From Octopus sinensis (lineage: Eukaryota), in assembly GCF_006345805.1 (NCBI RefSeq), contig NW_021831878.1:1-63176 (forward strand): DNA of 63,176 nucleotides, read 5' to 3'. The translations under genes and the position numbers were made by a program. The notes beneath the pieces were generated by a model. That model was not told where the DNA came from. It searched no databases and worked only from the letters and a program-made list of their open reading frames with translations. Positions 11,626-24,072 of the stretch are shown piece after piece. The stretch's first letter is position 1. The number at the start of each line of letters is the position of its first letter.

Positions 11626-11747
11626 TGAATCCTTGGCATCATGTTTTTATTTTGATCAATTTATTCCACCACCTACACCACCTAACGGTATATACATGTG
11701 CTTACATTTATCAAGTACTCACCCCGAATTTCTGTACTCACTTATAT

Positions 11748-11804
<57 letters not shown>

Positions 11805-11899
11805 TATTATGTATGTATATGTATGTATATATATCGTAGTAAGCAACGAGGATATCCAGAGATAATGCGGCACGATTGTTTCATGCAACTCCATTTATA

Positions 11900-12560
11900 T
11901 ATATATATGTTTTGTGTATGCGGGTAAGTATTTGTGGTTACGACGTGGATTATTATGTATGTTTGCATGGGGTAGGTGTTTTTCGGTGGATGTCAATAGA
12001 TGGAGGAAAAGAACGATATTTTATAACGCATGCACTCGTGTTTATCGGAAATGGAAAAGATGTTCACGTGTGAACGGGGATATTTTGGGTGGTGGAAAGT
12101 GTAGGAGGTTTGAGTAGGACAATACGGGAGACGACGAGATGCAGAGAAGTGGTGGTAACCGTCGATGAAATGTTGTTTAGTTGATCATACGAGAGTCAGT
12201 GGCTAAACCTCTCGTTTAGACTCGGACGAATCAGGCTTACATAGACGTTATGATCACACAGACCTTTTTTCATGCAATACACAGAAACGAGGTGGGAGGA
12301 AAAATTGTGAGGTTCAGTGATGGCGTAGTGTTTAAGATGAATGGACGGTGGAGTGGGCGACCGATAAAGGATACGTGTAGGGTTTATAGAGAGAAGATTC
12401 GGAGCACTTTTAGGGATTGTGAGATTGATTGGGGAAGAGGTTTGTAGCAGCAGTTTTGAATTGGAAGTTTCGGAATTACCTTACAAAGATATACTGGATA
12501 ATTAATGAGGTGATGTGGTGCATGAAAAGAGCAAGGTTTTAGCGATAGGACGATTTCGGT
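11900..12560 (-). mobile_element. Possible heavily decayed Penelope-like element (GIY-YIG remnant); homologues in every unit, partly deleted in units 1 and 3
   Basis: Minus-strand HLVSVYC...NVYVSLIRPSL(N/H)ERFSH resembles the VY..C..C..YVG.T.R.L.ERF.EH pattern of PLE endonucleases. Similarity is weak. Confidence 0.35.
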
Positions 12561-13329
12561 GAGGCGGAGAAGAATAGAAGTGCATTCTGTACTCTGTTGT
12601 GTTCTCTCACTAATATTTAGTCTCTCTCTATTTTACTTAATGAATAAAGTCCTTCGCTTTTTCCATCAGTTACAATATGTGGCTTGTCCAGTCCTCATTC
12701 TACATTGTGCGTTCATTCCATTAACCATTTACAGTCACTGTCATCAATTCTAAAAGACTCAATTCAATTTAGCCCACACCTACGATCACCGGGCACGTTA
12801 GTTAATGATAGTCACGTGGCCACTATTCAGCTCTGGTCACTCACGTACAATACCACCATCCGTAGCCTGTACAATTGATCACCAGTTAGCAGCCTCGGTA
12901 TTTGATATCTACAATCCAAAGCTGGTCAGCCTGAAATTCTTGATCGCCATGGTGGTTTTCAGTCCAGCCCTGTCTGTAATTTAACGTAGAGATATCTATA
13001 TTCTGTAGTTAGACAACATCCTTTTCACTTGGTCCGTAGTAGACAACATATAATATTCTGATTTGACCAAATACCTACAAAGGAGTAAGCAGTCTTGTGT
13101 AGTGTCTGTATAGTCTACAGGTATAGACTTTTGAAACGTGACATATCATAAGAGGATTTGAGAATGTTTATGTCAGACAAGCCGACAAAGGGTGAGTGTG
13201 TGCGCATGTGCGTGAGAGAGAAGGTGAGAGAGAAAGAGAGGCAACAAAAAGGTAGAATGAGAGGTATAAAAAGAGAACAAGAGAAAGACAAAAAGAGAAT
13301 GAGACGTCAGAAATATAAAGTATACTAAC

Positions 13330-13404
13330 CGTCATATACAAGGTTTGAATAAGGAGGACAAGTTGTTCTACCCCACCGGGTATACAATGATCCGAGACCG
13401 GGTT
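13330..13404 (-). CDS. Copy 2 coding exon 3, intact
   Basis: Acceptor ttttaatatcacag, donor GTTAGT, PGLGSLYTRWGRTTCPPYSNLVYD. Confidence 0.9.
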
Positions 13405-13959
13405 CTGTGATATTAAAATGAAATAATTTAGTTTAAAAGAAAGAATTGGGGGATCATTTACAAAGTAGGTTTTTGGATGGGATGGAATTGATGGAGAAGA
13501 GAGAAATATAGATTTGAAGAAAGAACGAGTGAATGAATGAAAGTCAGAACGAAAGATGTAAATAATAAGAATAAATTGTAAAGAAAGAAAGAAGACATTT
13601 GTCTGTTGAGCCTGTTGTTGACTTTGATGTCAAAGATTTGAGAGATTAATCTCAGAATATCAGAATGTGTATCGGTCTCCGCTATGAACGGATGTATGTA
13701 TGATACGTAAACTTGGGTATGAGTATATATACTTCTCAATAGAATTATGATAAAACTCAATAGAATAAAGATAAAATATTCGCCAGGTGCGAATATTCAT
13801 CGGTCAATTACAAATATCAGTTTGGAGCTCGGCGCAAATAAGGCCATCATAACTACAATATGAAAATAACAACCATACCGCATCATTTGTCGATTTAGTT
13901 AAAAGACATCGCATCCGTATCTCGAGTAGAGAAGTCGATAAATGTATAGCACAACCCAC

Positions 13960-15870
13960 CCAATACCGGTGCAACCAACAAGAAGCCTGCAACTTAATCT
14001 GGCGTGCGTGGGGTGGGAGCACAAAATTGACGGTCTCAGGACACGAAAGCAGATCAAGAAAGGAACAACCTTTAATAAATGAGAATTAAAAAGTCAAAAT
14101 TGTTAGATATAATCTGCCTGTAAGATATAATCGGTGTCTCCTCTACAAAATATCGTTTCTCCGATAGCGTACACCTGGATATAGGCTTGAAACTCCACTA
14201 CGCAACTCTGGTGCCAACAATGTCTGCACAGGTGGGATTAGGATACTCTCAATCCCCAGCTTTCGGATTGTATTATGGAGTGAAACCTACTAGGTGTGAG
14301 GGTTCACCTCTTGAAACTAAGGCTGAATATGAAAGACCACTGTGGCTGTTGAAAGTATATGCAGCAAACAGCTGGGTCAAATACATATCCTTCCTAAGCA
14401 AATTCACCTCAGCTTTAGATATATTTGGGGCAAAGTCATTTGTCCTGCAAGGAGACTTCAGTGCACACCTTGGCACTGATACCCGTGAGAAGGATTGATT
14501 GGAAGGAATGTCGTCAGTGAACTTAATGGAGAGGTCATAGCAGCCTTCTGTGAAGGATACACACACTCCACTCTATGGTATAGATATTATTTTAAGACAG
14601 GGATATTTATAAGGGTGCCTGGTATAGAAATAGTTGGTGACAGAGGTTTCTGATAGATTTCGGTCATCTTTCACTCTTTGCTGAACGTTCGGGTAAAAGG
14701 AAGGGGTGGAGTTGTCAACTCGTCACTACCTAAATGTCTGAAAACCTGAAAATTCCTACAGTCTGCCGAACACTAGAAATTGTTAAGTCCAGTGCGACCT
14801 ACAGAATACAGTTGGAAGCCGCAGTGGATGCTGGAATCAGAATCAAAATTGTGGAGACTTTTGCATCCAAATTGGGAGTGACTATCCTGAATGAAGTTGG
14901 ACCTCGAAATGGATTCGTGATTGTATTATGTTTTTCGGCAGGTTCTTCTTCGGTTGAACGCTTATTTGAGCAAAACTCACTTAAAAGTGACAAAGCTGCT
15001 GGTGAAAAGCACGTTCGGCTTGATATTTTAGAAACCTTAAATACAGATGGTATTCTCTGAGTGACCCATGTATGCTAGGTGGATGGGACCTCTGGAAAAA
15101 ACACCAAGGCAATGGTAATATGGGGAGACAATCACAATTTTTTCAAACAGAGACCAAAAAGTGTGTTCTAATTATAGAAAAGTCTACACTAGATGTCAGG
15201 AAGAGATATGTAGGGAAATTGTCGTCCCAAGATTACTGTCCGGGACGCAGTACACCCGACCAGAGAGTCGTTCAAAGACAGATCTTCCAGCAAACTTTGA
15301 AATATTTCTAAGGTTTATACAATGTAAACCACGGAAAGTCACGCAATCACGTGCCCTTGGGCAGATTGTGGAATGTTTACCATGAAGGTGTGTTTAATGG
15401 GCAAATACTGGTTGCCCTAAAACACTTATATGGATGTTCAAATGATTGTATTTATGTAAAAGTCGAAAGTTTTCAACGTGAAGGTTTCACTTAGTTGAAG
15501 TGTGCATTGTTAGTGCCCCTTCTCACATTCTTTTTTGTGATCTGGTTGAGTATGCGCACCCATTGTGGTAGAGGTATCCCAATTCATCTCTACGTGATTG
15601 GTCGACTGTTATTTGTAGACGACATGCTGCTACATGATTCGTCTGATGGTAACCAACAACATGCGTTGAATGAGTTGGCTGCCGAGTACCCCTGGGAAGG
15701 ATTGACAAATACGCACTGTGTAGGAAAGGGGAACATCATTATTTCGGGTCTCTATTCACGAACGATTGGAAGCACAAGAGTGGACAGAATGCTGAATTGT
15801 AGATATAAACGCAGTGAAGCGCCAGCTCGGGCTTTTGATTCTCAGATGAAGAGGGATTGGTACAATTCTC
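13960..15870 (+). mobile_element. Decayed RTE-clade LINE (APE endonuclease and RT remnants)
   Basis: DIIGVSSTK, LLKVYAANS, FVLQGDFSAHLGTD (GDFN motif), KAAGEK, GRST.DQ, LLFVDDMLL. Boundaries approximate. Confidence 0.85.
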
Positions 15871-16114
15871 GACGTATCGTTGCATATATACTCATATACA
15901 CACAATAAATGGCATAGTGTATTAAAGTAACATTTTATTTAGGAAATTATTGTAAAGTAGAACATATTTTGAAATAAATTCAGGCAAGTGTCTTAGTGTA
16001 TGCTATGGTGGACATATGGATAGTATTGTGGAACTAATTCAAAGTTGGTGAAATTATAAATCATTAGTTAATGAGTCAAGGGTAAAAGACTTTAGCCATA
16101 AAAATAGTTCTTAC

Positions 16115-16166
16115 TTGGAGTGTCATCAGGTTTATCGTCGAGAGATTTCTTGGAGATGAAACGGTT
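16115..16166 (-). CDS. Copy 2 coding exon 2, intact
   Basis: 52 nt with canonical splice sites, NRFISKKSLDDKPDDTP. Confidence 0.85.
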
Positions 16167-16273
16167 CTGTGAAAAAATAGAAATAGCATCATATATATAG
16201 AACTTCAGGGTATTTATAATCGTTTAGAACTTAAAACAATGCAATAGATGACAACATATTCGGACAGGTATCA

Positions 16274-16640
16274 TTGACAACACTACCATCTCAACCCCTT
16301 AGAAATCTTCTAGAAGGCGCTTCCATCAAGTCAAAGGATTTTCTGAACAATATCAACTCTGCATTTCAAATGACATCGTTTGGTGAATCTAAGAAGATAG
16401 ATAAACATGATTTATTACGGCCGACGTCAGTTCAAGGGCAAGTTTATCCCATCATTGGTTCTGGTACCCGCGAATGAACAACCACAGTTCCTCCAAATTT
16501 ACTCTATGAGTGATGTAGGACAAGAAACCCGACGTGAGGTGTCAAAATTTCCGATGATGGGTCGTGTTAGACACAGCGCACACTGCTGCAAAGGTGAGTA
16601 TATCCACTGACAGCTTTTCGGTGCATTCAAAAATCACAGA
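16274..16640 (+). mobile_element. Helitron Rep remnant, 3' end deleted (as in unit 4)
   Basis: ORF 16274-16477 LPSQPLRNLLEG..FLNNINSAFQMTSFG..VQGQVYPIIGS, followed by PQFLQIY. Confidence 0.75.
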
Positions 16641-16929
16641 AACCCCAGTTTATATAGTTAAATTTAATCCAAACAAAAAAGCACAAAGAAACACATCAAC
16701 GTGTGAACGTGAAACAAACATAGTATTATTGGACGCCCAGGAAAGAAAGAAAGAAGGAGGGTTTAACGTTTCGGGTGGAGCTCTTCGTCGGAAACATACG
16801 AGATGGAAAGATCCAGAGGAGGGAAGACAGAGGAAAAAAATCGCCAACGGTACACACGCGCACACATTTTGAATGACCGGAAGGAAATGGGTGAAGAAAA
16901 GTTCTTTCAAAGACAGGAGATTGGTGGAG

Positions 16930-17900
16930 GAAGAAGTATGTGTGTGTAAGTGTGGATAAGAGCGTGTGCGGAGGTCTGTGTGTGCGTGTGTGTGTCTGTG
17001 TGTATGTGTGCAATAATGACACGTGTGTGTGTATGTGTGTGTGTATGTGTGTGTGGTTGTGGCTGTTAATCTTTGCGTGTTGTAAGGTTAGTAGTGTTAA
17101 GGTCAAGGAAGAAGGAATTGGGCGTGGCTCCTTTTGTCTCTACCCTAGGTCAAGTAGTAGGTACTGCTAGTTTGATGTATGTGTGTGCGTGCGTGTATGT
17201 ATATGTATCGTGTGTGTGTATTGTTTGTAGTGTGTGTGTGTGCATGTGTGTGTGTTCGTGTGTGTAGGCGTAGAGTTAGGGTGTGTGGCGAATAACTGTG
17301 CGTCTGTGTGTGTACATGTATGTATAATTGTGCGCGTGTATGTATTATTGTGTACCGTGTGTATGGGACGTATGTGTGGGATCATTTGTGTGTGTGTGTA
17401 TGTATGTGCGTGCGTCTCGTATGTGCGTGAGTGCATGTACGTGTACGTTTGTATGTGTGTGTGTAGGCGTATATGGGTGTATATGCGTGTATCCGTAGGG
17501 TTGTGAGTTTTCTGTGTGTGCATTAATGTGCGTGTGTACGTGCGTATGTGTGCGCATGTTTTTGCGTGCGTGTGTGTGTGTCTCTGTCTATATGTGTATA
17601 CGGATGTGTATGAGTGTGCGTGTAGGCATATATTGTGTATGTATATGTATCGGTGTGTATGTGAATTTGTGCATGCGTGTGTGTTTTGGGTTTTTCTGGA
17701 GTTTTGTGGGAGTAATGTGCGTGCGTGTGTGCGCTTAAGTACGTGTATGTGCGTGTGTGTCTCTGCCCATATGTGTATGAGTGTGTGCGTATCTGTATGA
17801 GTATTGTTCGTTAAAGGTATATGTGGACATCTGTGCTGGTGTGTGTGTATGTACGTGTGTATGTATGTGTGTATGTATTGTGTGCGTATGATGCATATAT
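16930..17900. repeat. Degenerate (GT/GC/AT)-rich low-complexity tract, conserved between units (34260-35240, 46570-47520)
   Basis: Visible directly; source of the spurious V/C-rich ORFs. Confidence 0.85.
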
Positions 17901-17984
17901 CTCCGTGATCACCGTCACAGACCAGTTGTTGCTACATATCGCTAGTCACAATGCGCTTCGCGTTGTTTTAGCCTTCAAATGACG

Positions 17985-18182
17985 CCACCCCGCTGGCTAG
18001 TTGAGCAGGCCAACAGAAGAAAGGGAGAAAGTTGTAGCGAAAGAGTACAGCAGAGATCAACACAACCCAATTCCCTGAGCCTCGTGAAGCATTAAACACT
18101 CACAACGCCCAGTCTGGGAATCGAAACCGCGATCCGACAACCATGAGTCCGCTGCCCGAACCACTGAGCCACTGCGCATCCC
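17985..18182 (-). mobile_element. tRNA-derived SINE family 1 (also 35328-35526 and 47604-47791)
   Basis: Minus-strand head with A-box-like TGGC(T/C)CAGTGG and B-box-like GGTTTCGATTCCC, then a shared body. Confidence 0.75.
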
Positions 18183-18952
18183 CCCCCCCCCACACACATC
18201 ACACATATATAAATACATATCGAAATATACGTATGCACGTACACTGAAGCATACACACCATAAATATCACAAGTATACGTATCTACTTATACGCATACAC
18301 ACACACAAACGCACACATATATGTGAGTGGACATACACTGTATAGTGTGGTTGTTCGTGTACAATTGAGCACGTGTGTCTGTGTGCGTGCGTATGTGTGT
18401 GTGTTTGTGTTTATTTGTGCGTGTGTTTGTCCGTGTGTCTGTGTGTATGTATTTACATTCGTTCTTACATATTGTCATATATAAAAACCAACGTGAATTA
18501 CAGTCAAACATTACGAAATTCACCGATCTACATTGGCACTCGCACGTTTTATTTTCAGTTGGAAAGAAAAGATTCAAAAAAACTCGCCTCACTTCCGTTC
18601 CTGATGGAGAGAAATAGATAAATGTGTGTAAATATGTACGTATTCCTATGTGTGCGTGTGTGTGTGTTTGTATGTGTCTGTTTCTGTGCGTGTGTGCAAG
18701 TGTACATCTAGATATAATACTTAACACTAATATTTATAGGGCTAAAAGTTGCAGCGACAGGGCATAGCCATGCTAGAACCCCACCATTAGATTTTTTTCA
18801 TTACGCACTTATTTCCCTCTCCAGGATTATGTCTGGTGAAAGAGCGATCGGACAGGAGTACAATTCCACTCTTCTTTGTGTTTCCTTGGGGTGTGTGTAT
18901 ATGTATATATTAATACATACATATATATCCATATCCATATATATATATATAT

Positions 18953-18989
<37 letters not shown>

Positions 18990-19050
18990 GAGATAGATAT
19001 GTATGTATATACATACGTAACTATATATGTGTGTATGCATATATGATATG

Positions 19051-19082
<32 letters not shown>

Positions 19083-19149
19083 GAGGTACAATGGCCTAGT
19101 GGTCGTAGGATCGCGCTTTCGATTCTCAGACCGAGCGGTGATATATATA

Positions 19150-19204
<55 letters not shown>

Positions 19205-19376
19205 AATAAGGGTTTTTGGCAATAAGTTGCTTAAACTACATACCGAAAATGTTAGAAATAGCAGTCAAAGGCCTACCAATTCTACTACAACAATGGTAGA
19301 AACGGTAGCCCTTTGACTGCTATTTCTAACATTTTCGGTATGTGGTTGAAGCAACATGTTGCAAAGAGCCCTTATT
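19205..19376. mobile_element. Palindromic MITE-like element at a (TA)n tract (also ~36622-36800)
   Basis: ~70-bp inverted arms (ataagggttt...gaaatagcagtcaaaggcctacc / ggtagccctttgactgctatttc...cccttat) with a 26-bp spacer; absent in unit 4. Confidence 0.8.
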
Positions 19377-19510
19377 ATAATTAAATATACTTTTACCGTA
19401 TATGGTCCTTTTCCATACCGAAGTAGTACTAGGTGAAATTTTTTGATTTTATTAAATTAATTATATTTCCCCCTTTATCTGTATATATGTATATATATAT
19501 ATATTACAGT

Positions 19511-19660
19511 GTCTGTGTGGTAAGACACTTGCTTCTTAACACCAAGGTATTCTGTTCAGTCCCACTGCGTAGAAAATTGGACGAATGCCTACCAATATAT
19601 ACTCGAGCTGACCAGAGCCACGTCAGTAGATTTGGTAGATTGAGACTGAAAGAAGGGTGC

Positions 19661-19727
<67 letters not shown>

Positions 19728-19968
19728 ACACACACACACATGTGTATGTATGTATATATGTATTATGTATGTGTCTGTGATTGTCGCACCACTATCGCTT
19801 CTCAAGTGATGTCGGTGTGTTTACGTCCCCGTTACATAGCGGTTCGGCTACAGATACCGATAGAATGAGCACTAGGCTTACAAAGAATAATTGCCGAAGT
19901 CGATTTGTCCTACTAAAGGCAGAGCTCTAGCATGGCCGCAGTCAAATGACTGAAACGGGTGAAAGAAT
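19511..19968 (+). mobile_element. SINE family 2 with internal (CA)n (also 36927-37344 and 49160-49590)
   Basis: tRNA-like head gtctgtgtggtaag...ttcagtcccactgcgt, central microsatellite, and conserved tail ending gcagtcaaatgactgaaac. Recognised as an abundant octopus SINE. Confidence 0.75.
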
Positions 19969-19978
19969 ATATTTATAG

Positions 19979-20014
<36 letters not shown>

Positions 20015-20317
20015 GTATATAGAGAAAGATACACAGATAGTAACATACACACACGAATATACATGTTTGCATTTATATATATATATAATATATAATGTGT
20101 GTGTATATATATATATATATATGTATGTATATTATATATATATACATACTTAATAAAAAGAGTTCAGCAAAGATTTGCTTTATCACATACCGAAGTTTAG
20201 AAATAGCAGCCAAAAATCTTAGCTATTTCTTCTACTTTAAAAAATGATTTCTAGAGAAACCAAAATATATATATATATAGAGAGAGAGATATATCTACAC
20301 AACCGCATTTATGTGTT

Positions 20318-20392
<75 letters not shown>

Positions 20393-20741
20393 ACGCACTA
20401 ATATATTCATATATATGTATGTTTATATATACATATATCTGTATATTATATATACAAATATATGTATATGTATATATATGTATATACACATATGTATGTT
20501 TAGGTGTGTGCGCCTGTGTGTTTTTCTGTGATTACGGGTGTGATGGATCGTATGTGTGTGTGTGTGTGTGCTCTATAGGAACATATGTACATGGTTTATG
20601 CATACATCCGTCCATCCATACATCCATCGCTACCTACATACATCCATATTTTCATACATACATACGTTAATGCATACATACATACATGCATATATAAATA
20701 CATAAAGACATAAATATATTAACTCAAAATCCATGATTTAC

Positions 20742-20885
20742 CGTTTGCGATTTCTCTTCCATTTTTCCTATTCTTGAATCTTGATGAAGAATCACGATCG
20801 TCAGAACGAGAAGAACCCCAAAAGCTATGAGAGAAGAAATGGAATAACGCTGCGAAATACTCCTGGACAGTTGTGCGAAATCCAT
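20742..20885 (-). CDS. Copy 2 coding exon 1, intact (MDFAQLSRSISQ...MEEKSQT)
   Basis: 144 nt, ATG start, GTAAAT donor, open frame. Confidence 0.85.
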
Positions 20886-21256
20886 TCTGGTGACAGTTGT
20901 CGGTCGTACGTGATACTTCGTGTGGCTTCAACAAAAGATCGAGATGCGAGGTTTAAGCTGAAGACCTGTAACTGAATTCCACGTATTTATTGAGCGCACA
21001 ACGACCCAGCTCTGGCAGAGATCTTATCGTAAATTTATGAACCAATGCGATTGGTGGAACTGTAAAAGCGGGTGTGAACTTGTCTGACAGGTTTAATTAT
21101 TGGAAAGAGATGGTTTGATATTGTCACACAATAATTAGCAAAATATTTTGATGAATGAGAGACACGTGTAAAGTGAAATGATTCCTATTTCTAGATATAT
21201 TATGATATATTTATTTACTAATGTTTTTATTTAATTTTATTTGTTATTATTGAGAA

Positions 21257-21822
21257 ACTGTTTTAATATTCATTGTGGGAAGTATTTCGTTCAACAGACG
21301 AATACACAGAAGCACGCGCATACACACACACACACACACACACACACTGACACACACACACTGACACAAACACGAACACACACACACCCACACACACTGA
21401 CACACAGACACACACACGCACACACACTAACACACACACACTGACATACACACACACCAACACACAAACCCACAGACACCAACACACACTGACACACACA
21501 CACAGATACATTGTCTTACACACACACACACACACACACACACTCACGCACACACATACACATTGACACACAGACACTGACACAGACACACACACTGACA
21601 CACACACACACACGCTGACACACACACGCACACACACTGACACACACACATACACTGACACACACACACACATTGACACACACACACACTCCCACACACA
21701 CACATACACTGACACACACACACACATACACTGACACACACACACACACACACACCGACACACACACACACACACACTCACACACTGTTTTAACATTCAG
21801 TGTGGGAAGTATTTCGTTCAAC
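21257..21822. repeat. ~39-bp direct repeats (actgttttaa.attca.tgtgggaagtatttcgttcaac) bracketing a CA-rich block in the B-type spacer (also ~60886-61432)
   Basis: Motif occurs twice in both B spacers and once in the A spacers. Confidence 0.75.
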
Positions 21823-21949
21823 CCAAAACAGTAATCGCAAGACTTAATCTAATGAAGTTCGCTGTTCGGATTGGATTCTTCACAACAAGCGTTAATCTGA
21901 TTAGAAAAGTTTTATGTGAATATCAAAATCAAAACCTACCAATTCCCAC

Positions 21950-23622
21950 CCACCCATACATACATATATACATACATACATATATACATACATACATATA
22001 TACATACATACACACTTACATACACACATAGATACATACATGCATACATACACACACACACATACATACATACATGCATATATACATACAAACATGCGTA
22101 CATACATACACACCCACATACATACATACATACACACATACATACATACATGCATACATACACACTCGCGTATATACATACATATATACATACATACATA
22201 CCCCCATACATATATACTTACATACACACACATATATACATATATATACATACATACACACATACATACACACATACATACATACAAACATACATACATA
22301 CACACACATACATACATACATGCATACATACTTTCATACATACATACATACATATATGTATGCATATATTTATACATATATGTATGTATATATGTATACA
22401 TGCATGTATGTTTGAATGTAAGCGTGTATATATCGATAGACACATATACACATACATATATATATACATACATCCATACATACATGCATATATACTTACA
22501 TCCATCCATCCATCCCTACATACATACATACTTGGTGGCTGCCCCCTCGTTATCGAGTATGGGCATTGCTCGGTGCTTAATCAATGTTGTTAACTTGCAA
22601 TGCCTGTGCATGAAGATTTTTTTTAAAGCGAGGAAAGTGTGTGCACTGTGTCAATCCCAGTCACTAAGCAACAGCAGCCATAATCCGAAAAAAAAACAAG
22701 TCAACATCATTGGAAACCACTGAGCGGCAGTTTTATATCGGAGTTATCCCAGTTACCTGAATTACCTTCTCCTAGAAGGATGCCCTAACAAAGTCTAGGA
22801 GTCCTTCACTCCCAATGGTTTAACCGCGCGATGGGGTATTCAGTCCGATTATTTCTATGTCCCCGCGCATGATACAGCCTTAACACATTTATTGGATGGC
22901 CGTTGACTCTCAAGAGTTCCACCGCTCTTTGACGGGTTTTGTTTTTCATCCAGCAGGGTGTCCAATAAACTCCCTCCTCACCAAGCAAGTTTGGTGGGGT
23001 TGACGGTTTAGTCGCCGACGACCCGACAATGCAACAGGTTGTACTGGGTTACATGTTACCAGTAGCACACGAAAGTGACCTGACATACATACATACATGC
23101 ATACATACCTACATATATACATACATACATACATACATGCATACATACATGCATACATACATACATACATGCATACATACATGCATACATGCATACATAC
23201 ATACATGCATACATACATACAAGCATACATTCATGCATGCATACATAATACATACATACATACATGCATACATGCATACATACATACATACATACATACA
23301 TACATGCATACATGCATACATACATACATACATGCATACATACAAGCATACATTCTGCATGCATACATAATACATACATACATACATGCATACATGCATG
23401 CATACATACATACATACATACATACATGCATACATGCATACATACATACATTCATGCATATATACATACATACATGCATACATACATACATGCATACATA
23501 CATACATATATGCATACCTACTTACATTCATGCATACTTACATACATACATACATACATGCATACATACATACAGACATACATACATACATACATACATA
23601 CATACATACATACATACATACA
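21950..23622. repeat. Two long degenerate (CATA)n arrays (21950-22530, 23085-23622) flanking a non-repetitive block that recurs at ~61970-62530
   Basis: Visible directly; source of the MYVC/HTYI pseudo-ORFs. Confidence 0.9.
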
Positions 23623-24041
23623 AAAATATCCTGTTCATGTTGTTGAAATTCCAATGAAAGATACTTGGAACTAGGTTAGAAGCCGTCTCTCTTTCTGTTG
23701 GCCAGAATTATTCTATTAAAACCGAATAATGACATTCATACATATTTTTAGCTAGTCATTATCACTAGCTTTGAATACTTTTCTTCTTGTTTTATAAATC
23801 ATAGCAAAACATACAGGTACAGTGTCTCCAATTTGAAACTCAATTCGCAAGTGCACCTTCCGTATGGACTGCATACGTACGACGGAATTCCATAGTTATG
23901 ATTAAATTTACTCAGAGGAAGCATATTAGACCCCGATATAGTTTGACCTAATTTAATATATTTGTATATATGTGTTGTATGTGTGTGTGTGTGCGTGTGT
24001 GTGTGTGCGTGCGTGTGTATTTGTGTGTGTGTGTGTGTATT

Positions 24042-24072
<31 letters not shown>

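Larger units (their letters stand above)
11307..11661. mobile_element. Foldback insertion in (TA)n: ~160-bp near-perfect inverted arms with a 33-bp spacer, probably inverted PLE pseudo-LTRs
   Basis: Arms 11307-11466 and 11500-11661 differ by about one substitution and a few 1-nt indels; absent from the homologous introns of units 3, 4 and 5. Confidence 0.9.
10568..20885 (-). other. Gene copy 2 (four exons; exon 4 frameshifted as assembled)
   Basis: Exons 20742-20885, 16115-16166, 13330-13404 and 10568-11071. Confidence 0.85.

Noticed and set aside
19080-19140. tRNA-like A/B box sequence (also ~36480 and ~49055, and the SINE heads)
   Set aside because: Truncated SINE heads that cannot form a cloverleaf; not tRNA genes.
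21901-23674. Long ORFs of up to ~290 aa rich in MYVC, HTYI, VC or HT (here and at 8183-8987, 17167-17800, 34488-35240, 38415-39278, 46788-47516, 61409-63172)
   Set aside because: They are translations of (CATA)n, (CA)n and (TA)n microsatellites that lack stop codons by composition. They overlap in several frames and are not conserved between units.
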